This document shows, in pieces, positions 58,926-64,000 of a stretch of 64,000 bases of DNA. How positions within the stretch are numbered: position 1 is the stretch's first letter; each line of letters opens with the position of its first letter. Source of the DNA: Promethearchaeota archaeon (lineage in GTDB: Archaea > Asgardarchaeota > Lokiarchaeia > Sigyniarchaeales > SOKP01); NCBI GenBank assembly GCA_019894975.1, contig JAGXNO010000008.1:28898-92897 (forward strand). The letters run 5' to 3'. Position numbers and translations under genes: made by a program. Under the pieces are notes generated by a model that was given only the letters and a program-made list of their open reading frames with translations, was not told where the DNA came from and ran no database searches.

Positions 58926-59816
58926 ATGGTTGTTGAAATTACACCTCAGGCAAATTTTTGTCCTGAATGTGGCGGGGGAACAATCTCTATCCAACAGAGA
59001 GGGGAGACAGTGTGCCAGCAATGTGGTTTAGTGGTTGGTGAGAAAGAAGTTGATGTTTCTCATAGCGGAATAAGAGCTTATTCAAAACAGGAGAAGGATA
59101 AAAAAGAACGGACTGGTTGCCCTATGTCCATTTTAATGCCAGATATAGGGTTAAGTACTGTTATCGATAGAACTAAGATTAAAAATCCTGATTTGAGAAG
59201 GGCGACGAAATGGAACACGCATTTATCATGGGAAAAAAGAAATATGCTTATTGCCATAACTGAATTAAAGAGAATTGGCGGCAATTTAAACTTTCCAGAG
59301 CGTGTGAAAAAGGCAGCAGTTCGTCTTTATAAACAGGTATTCAAAAAGAATTTATTGAGAGGAAGGTCAATAAATGGAATGATTGCGGCATGTGCTTATT
59401 ATGTCTGCAAACAAGAAAGAGTACCTATTACACTTCAGGAAATCTTAGATGAGGCATCAATTAATAATAATATCGTTAAAAAATGTTATAAGATTCTCGT
59501 ACGAGAGTTGAATCTAAAATCACCACATATCGATCCAGTTGCGCTCATTCCTAGGTATTGTGCTGATTTAGGATTAGGCATCAATGTAGAGAAAGAAGCA
59601 ATAAAAGTATTAACAAATTTTATTGCAACTAATTCAATCTGCGGTAAAGATCCAAAAGGCTTATGTGCAGGATCGATTTATTTAGTAGCAAAGCTAAAAA
59701 ATAAAAAGGTAAGCCAAAAGGATATTTCACGAGTTATAGGGGTGACAGAGGTAACCCTACGCTCGAGGTATAAGGAATTTTTACAACATATTAGTTTTAA
59801 TTTTCATACAAATTAA
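58926..59816 (+). CDS. tfb: transcription initiation factor IIB (TFB paralog)
   Basis: CPECG...CQQCG zinc ribbon, ERTG, RGRS, GKDPxGL and VTEVTLRSRYKE. Confidence 0.95.
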   Translation: MVVEITPQANFCPECGGGTISIQQRGETVCQQCGLVVGEKEVDVSHSGIRAYSKQEKDKKERTGCPMSILMPDIGLSTVIDRTKIKNPDLRRATKWNTHLSWEKRNMLIAITELKRIGGNLNFPERVKKAAVRLYKQVFKKNLLRGRSINGMIAACAYYVCKQERVPITLQEILDEASINNNIVKKCYKILVRELNLKSPHIDPVALIPRYCADLGLGINVEKEAIKVLTNFIATNSICGKDPKGLCAGSIYLVAKLKNKKVSQKDISRVIGVTEVTLRSRYKEFLQHISFNFHTN

Positions 59817-59839
59817 TTTTTTCTATTTCCACTAGGGTA

Positions 59840-59857
59840 GAGGAGATTTATCTCCTC
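59840..59857 (+). terminator. inverted repeat downstream of tfb (possible terminator or binding site)
   Basis: GAGGAGAT-TT-ATCTCCTC, 23 nt after the stop, flanked by T-rich tracts. Confidence 0.35.
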
Positions 59858-60195
59858 ATCTTATTATTATTTCTTAATGAGATTTAAGTAATTATTTCTT
59901 TAAGAATTGAACATAAGATATCTAAATATTAGTTAATTTAATTCTGATATCCAATCCTACTGGTTATAATAGATTCTGGGGAATTAAAAGTCGAAGATTT
60001 TAAAAATATATAGTGGTTTGAAATAAAAAAAGCTTATTCTCTATGAGCAATTCTAGAAAAAAATCATTATAAATTTTAGATGTTGGTATTTAAAGACCCA
60101 TCATGAATCTTAAATCTTAAAAATTGAAGTCTCTCTTATTTAATTATAAGAGATAAAAATTTATAATACTTCATATATTAAAAAAAATTCGGGGT

Positions 60196-61515
60196 ATGAA
60201 AGTCGTGGTAGAAGTAGAGAGAGAGGATATATTGTTATCATTTAGATACTTATTTGGATTTGACCCTATAGGCTCTTATTTTACAAATGATATGAGAGAG
60301 ACTTTAGAACAAGTCCTTAAACAGATTAATCTCAATAGGTTAACCCTATTAGCAGAGCAATTATCCTCCCTTCTAATTACTCTAACAAATGATGATTATC
60401 TTCTAGAATACATCTTGAGCGAGGAGTTTATCAAGGTTTATCTACAAATGATATTTCAAAAAGATTTTTCTCAAAATCCTGGTTATCTAATAAACCTAAT
60501 TTACTCCTTTTTTAAAGATCTCGAAAAACTCTATTATTATATTGGGGAGTTATCTAGTCAGATTCAAGACACCCCAGCTGGAATGAGAAGTGAGGAAGAA
60601 TGTTATAGCATTTTAATCCCAACCCTGAGGGTAACTGAAAATGGAGATTTACGTATTGAGAGTGATGCTGAATATAACGATTGGTTGTTTCAAGAATTAC
60701 ATGAACTCCTTAAGCAACAGGGGACCTTAAAACCAATAAAGACTCAAACAAGTTCAAAATATCCATATCAAAGATCTCATTCTTTACTCTATGAAAAATC
60801 TGTCCTAAGAAGAGATTTAAAAGAAAAAGAGAAAAAACCAATAATTGAAAAAAAACCAATAGGAAGTCTAAAGCAGTTAAGTTTATTTGGGGACACTTTG
60901 TCGAATAGAGAATTAGAAAAATCTCAAGAACGAATTAAAAATAAATTAACAGGGGAAATTCAAGAAATTCACATCGAGGAAAATGCATTAGCAGAGAATA
61001 TCTTGAGTCTATTTCGAAAATATAACGATTTCCTCGAAATAAGTAATGATGAGAAATTTTCAATAATAAAAAAAAAGATACAAAACTCAAAGTCAAATAG
61101 TTATCCATTGATTAGAAAGTTCTTATTTAAATTAAATGTAGCTGGTGGGTTTGTAGATACTCTATATATCTTTGAAATGGAGCTTTTTCAAAGATTACAA
61201 AAAAGATATTCTGATCTTTCTAATTTTGTTTTAAACGAGTATAAGACAGATATCATTAATTCATTCAAACAATTAACGAGTATGCTTCAAATCTTTATCG
61301 ATTTAACGAAAAATTACAACCAAGAATTTTATGATGACTATATAAGAAATTACATAGCAAACAATACGGTAAATATAAAAGATAACAGAATATTTGTAGA
61401 ATCTAGCCTATTTGGAAAAGATTATGAATTTCCAATTAACCTGAAAGAATTAGCAAATCAAGTTTCGGAAAAGAAATACAACTGGTTTATGTTTATATAT
61501 TATCGTAAGAATTAA
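60196..61515 (+). CDS. hypothetical protein (439 aa, helical) with an internal QLSLF motif
   Basis: Long ORF with no family recognised. Confidence 0.6.
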   Translation: MKVVVEVEREDILLSFRYLFGFDPIGSYFTNDMRETLEQVLKQINLNRLTLLAEQLSSLLITLTNDDYLLEYILSEEFIKVYLQMIFQKDFSQNPGYLINLIYSFFKDLEKLYYYIGELSSQIQDTPAGMRSEEECYSILIPTLRVTENGDLRIESDAEYNDWLFQELHELLKQQGTLKPIKTQTSSKYPYQRSHSLLYEKSVLRRDLKEKEKKPIIEKKPIGSLKQLSLFGDTLSNRELEKSQERIKNKLTGEIQEIHIEENALAENILSLFRKYNDFLEISNDEKFSIIKKKIQNSKSNSYPLIRKFLFKLNVAGGFVDTLYIFEMELFQRLQKRYSDLSNFVLNEYKTDIINSFKQLTSMLQIFIDLTKNYNQEFYDDYIRNYIANNTVNIKDNRIFVESSLFGKDYEFPINLKELANQVSEKKYNWFMFIYYRKN

Positions 61516-61807
61516 ATTAATCTGGATATAGCTGAAAATTAAAAGGTACTCTATGAAAATATCTATTTGTAAAAAAAGATTTAATTTTGGTATCCTGTTC
61601 TTCTTGCTGCTATTTGACCATTTTGATCATTTTACAAAAACCTCAATTTTAAGCCTTTTTCAGAGCCTTTTTTTCCTAAGGACATTTCTATAACATTTTA
61701 GTTGACAGTACTTAAATAAGTGCCTAACAAATCTAATTTTAATCATTTATTCCATATACTCTACAAATTATGTTTCCTAAAATATGTCTCTAACCGCTAT
61801 ATAGTAG

Positions 61808-61857
61808 TGTTTATAGAGTCTAAACTTTATATACAATAATGTTTATAGGTTCTAAAC
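61808..61857 (+). promoter_or_regulatory. two 18-bp imperfect palindromes flanking a TATA-like box upstream of the LRR gene
   Basis: TGTTTATAGAGTCTAAAC (61808), TTTATATA (61826) and TGTTTATAGGTTCTAAAC (61840). Confidence 0.55.
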
Positions 61858-61946
61858 AAATCGAAATAATCATAATCTTAATCCTAACACAAGTTTTAAA
61901 TAGGAATGTAGTCATATATAGCAAAAAGAAAAAATCTTGCAGTATT

Positions 61947-63131
61947 ATGACTAAGGAGTTTCGCATCAATCAGTTTCTATCATTACGATTAGAGTGTGGT
62001 CAAACTATGATATATGTGGCAGGAGAGGAGTTCATACAATGCAAGTCTCTGCTGTTAGATATTCCGGTGGCAGAGATAAGTAGTCTTGAAATGATTGACT
62101 CGATTGATGAAGCTGTACAAGAGATTGAAAACTTCTCGCAGAGAAATATGAATAGAACAAGAATCTCCCCTGAAGTAGAGTTTTGGGGCCATTGCTCGAA
62201 TTTACAAACCTGGTATGAACATGATTATGACACACGGCTACTTCACTCAAATCTTGCATTCTCGCTGCTTGGCAAGCTTACGGAGGTCGGAGATACTCTT
62301 GCTAAAGGAATATTTAAGACAGAGTTAATAAATCGTTATGAAAACGGTACTGACAAAACTCGAGAGTATATAAGGGATAGTAAAGCTTTAGGATATTTAT
62401 CGAAAGAAGAGATACTGAATTTAATGCTAAAGACAGAGGATCTCATAGCTTTGACAGAATTTGCTGAAGAAGTCTGGGTTAAAGAGGATCCTTATAAAAT
62501 AATTTTTGCGTTAATGAGTGAAGAAGAAGTCAAACTGGAAAATAGAAAAGTGACTGAGCTAGACCTATCAGGTATAGATCTGGAATTGGAAAAGTTTCCA
62601 GAATCTGTACTAAAATTGAAGAGTTTAAAAAAATTAGTTTTAAGGGGGAATTATTTTAGGGAAATCCCCGAAAACATTAGTGAACTAAACATTCTCAAAG
62701 AATTATGGTTAAATGGTAATGAAATCTCTCATCTACCAGACTCAATTTGTCACATTACGTCGCTCGAGAGATTGGAGGTAGGTGGAAATAAAATTCACGC
62801 TTTACCCAAAAATATTGGGGATTTGAAACTTTTAAGATCCTTAGGTCTGGGAAGTAATGAGATAACAAACCTCCCCGATCCATTCTATAAATTGGAATCG
62901 CTTGAAACACTCTCACTTGCAGATAACAAATTAAACGATCTCCCTGAGACATTCTGTAATTTAGCATCTCTTAAATGGCTGTCTCTATCAAACAATAAAT
63001 TAAGTAGACTGCCTGAATGCTTTTTAAATCTCAAATCGCTTGAATATTTAGATATTAGCAAAAATCCTCTTACAGAAAGTCAAGAATTATTAGAAAAAAT
63101 AAAAAAATTGAGAATTAAATCAAGGTTTTAG
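61947..63131 (+). CDS. leucine-rich repeat protein with a conserved N-terminal domain; start re-placed at ATG 61947
   Basis: About 8 LRRs of 23 aa (LxxLxLxxNxIxxLP); N-terminal EFWGHCSNLQxW...YDTRLLHSNLAF block. Confidence 0.9.
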   Translation: MTKEFRINQFLSLRLECGQTMIYVAGEEFIQCKSLLLDIPVAEISSLEMIDSIDEAVQEIENFSQRNMNRTRISPEVEFWGHCSNLQTWYEHDYDTRLLHSNLAFSLLGKLTEVGDTLAKGIFKTELINRYENGTDKTREYIRDSKALGYLSKEEILNLMLKTEDLIALTEFAEEVWVKEDPYKIIFALMSEEEVKLENRKVTELDLSGIDLELEKFPESVLKLKSLKKLVLRGNYFREIPENISELNILKELWLNGNEISHLPDSICHITSLERLEVGGNKIHALPKNIGDLKLLRSLGLGSNEITNLPDPFYKLESLETLSLADNKLNDLPETFCNLASLKWLSLSNNKLSRLPECFLNLKSLEYLDISKNPLTESQELLEKIKKLRIKSRF

Positions 63132-63145
63132 TCTTAGTAGTGAAG

Positions 63146-63769
63146 TTAATTTTCTAATGGTCTTATTCTGATTCTAAATTTGTTTTCAAAGAATCGAATA
63201 AGTTCTCTAGCATCATCAAGCAAGTAGATCGGCCAACAGTCTTCGAGAGCCCAAACAGGATTTCCGCCTTCTTGATTCCATGCATCTTGCATTGCATTAT
63301 AAATTTGTTGCCCGTCATTATCCAATCTTGATTTAGTGTTGTCCCTTGAATACAATCCGGTGATATAATCATTATTATATATCTTCCTCTGCGTTGCAAA
63401 GAGTTTATAGCCCGAAATCTCGTCACCGATGATTCCAAATGCGTTAAACATTACCAAATAGAAGGCGATATTTAACACAAATTCTCTGAATTCAGCATCA
63501 TTCACAACATTGCCGTCTTGTTTCCTAATAGTAAAAGTCATTGAGTTATGATTTTCTGCTATTAAATCTCCAAACTTATCCAGAATCCCTGAAGTTAAAG
63601 AATTACTTATTTTGGTTTTTTGGCCTAAACCTAGACTTTTCTCAACATGGAAAGTTACTTTAATTTCTTGATTATTCTCATAATTCCCAGACAATGTCGT
63701 ATAAAGGTTATCATAAAGATGGTTAATCTTATGTTCATAATCTTTTGTAACTAAATGTTGAAGGCTCAA
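63146..63769 (-). CDS. hypothetical protein, possibly 5'-truncated
   Basis: 207-aa ORF with a weak TTG start; in-frame TGA about 18 codons upstream. Confidence 0.45.
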   Translation of the reverse strand: MSLQHLVTKDYEHKINHLYDNLYTTLSGNYENNQEIKVTFHVEKSLGLGQKTKISNSLTSGILDKFGDLIAENHNSMTFTIRKQDGNVVNDAEFREFVLNIAFYLVMFNAFGIIGDEISGYKLFATQRKIYNNDYITGLYSRDNTKSRLDNDGQQIYNAMQDAWNQEGGNPVWALEDCWPIYLLDDARELIRFFENKFRIRIRPLEN

Positions 63770-64000
63770 ATCCTTTGAATGTCTTATATTATTCTTACTT
63801 GAATTAGATAACCAAACCTCTCAAAACGTATTTAAGCTAGGAATCGCCGTCGCTCAGATACAATTGCTAGCAATAATACCCGAACCTAACGAAGAATCAG
63901 TAGAGATCTATTCACAGACGCAACGTATCATAGGAGATTTAATCAGTGATAACCTATTTCCAGAACAGACAAAGGTTAAATTAGAACAATATTCTACGGT

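Noticed and set aside
61553-61693. 46-codon Phe/Leu-rich ORF downstream of the 439-aa hypothetical gene
   Set aside because: The composition simply reflects T-rich intergenic DNA; no independent support
61839-61946. Hydrophobic N-terminal extension of the LRR protein (apparent signal peptide)
   Set aside because: It overlaps the promoter/operator elements; the conserved domain begins at ATG 61947
63770-64000. Possible TGA read-through extension of the last minus-strand ORF, or a + strand partial ORF at the window edge
   Set aside because: Several stops on the minus strand and no motif or clear start on the plus strand; cannot be supported

Overview
AT-rich archaeal chromosome segment. It is most consistent with an Asgard archaeon of the Lokiarchaeia type; this is inferred from archaeal core genes (psmA, exosome, TFB, aIF5A, SRP54, Fen1, Cdc48, BHB-intron tRNAs) occurring together with profilin, roadblock, Vps29-like, JAB and LRR proteins. 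Contents in order: purB/purM and cofactor genes; a sugar/phosphate-metabolism block with two unusual fusion proteins; four tRNAs (two with introns, one of them in the T-loop); the proteasome-exosome superoperon extended by ECF transporter and KEOPS/t6A genes; porGDAB; a PPi-type PFK; a small accessory patch (~34.7-39.5 kb); a herA/cdc48/fen1/nob1/NAD kinase/aIF5A/srp54 block; and a variable right end (55-64 kb). The best candidate for an undescribed system is a tandem pair of paralogous proteins with ribbon-helix-helix + HisKA(DHp) + receiver domains and no kinase ATPase domain, located near a TFB gene with a repeat-rich promoter. Other strong leads: a DapA-like domain lacking its catalytic lysine fused to an APH-type kinase, a T-loop (58/59) intron in tRNA-Lys, an RGG repeat inserted in Rrp4, and several probable non-canonical start codons. 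All calls come from motif recognition by eye; no database searches were run.
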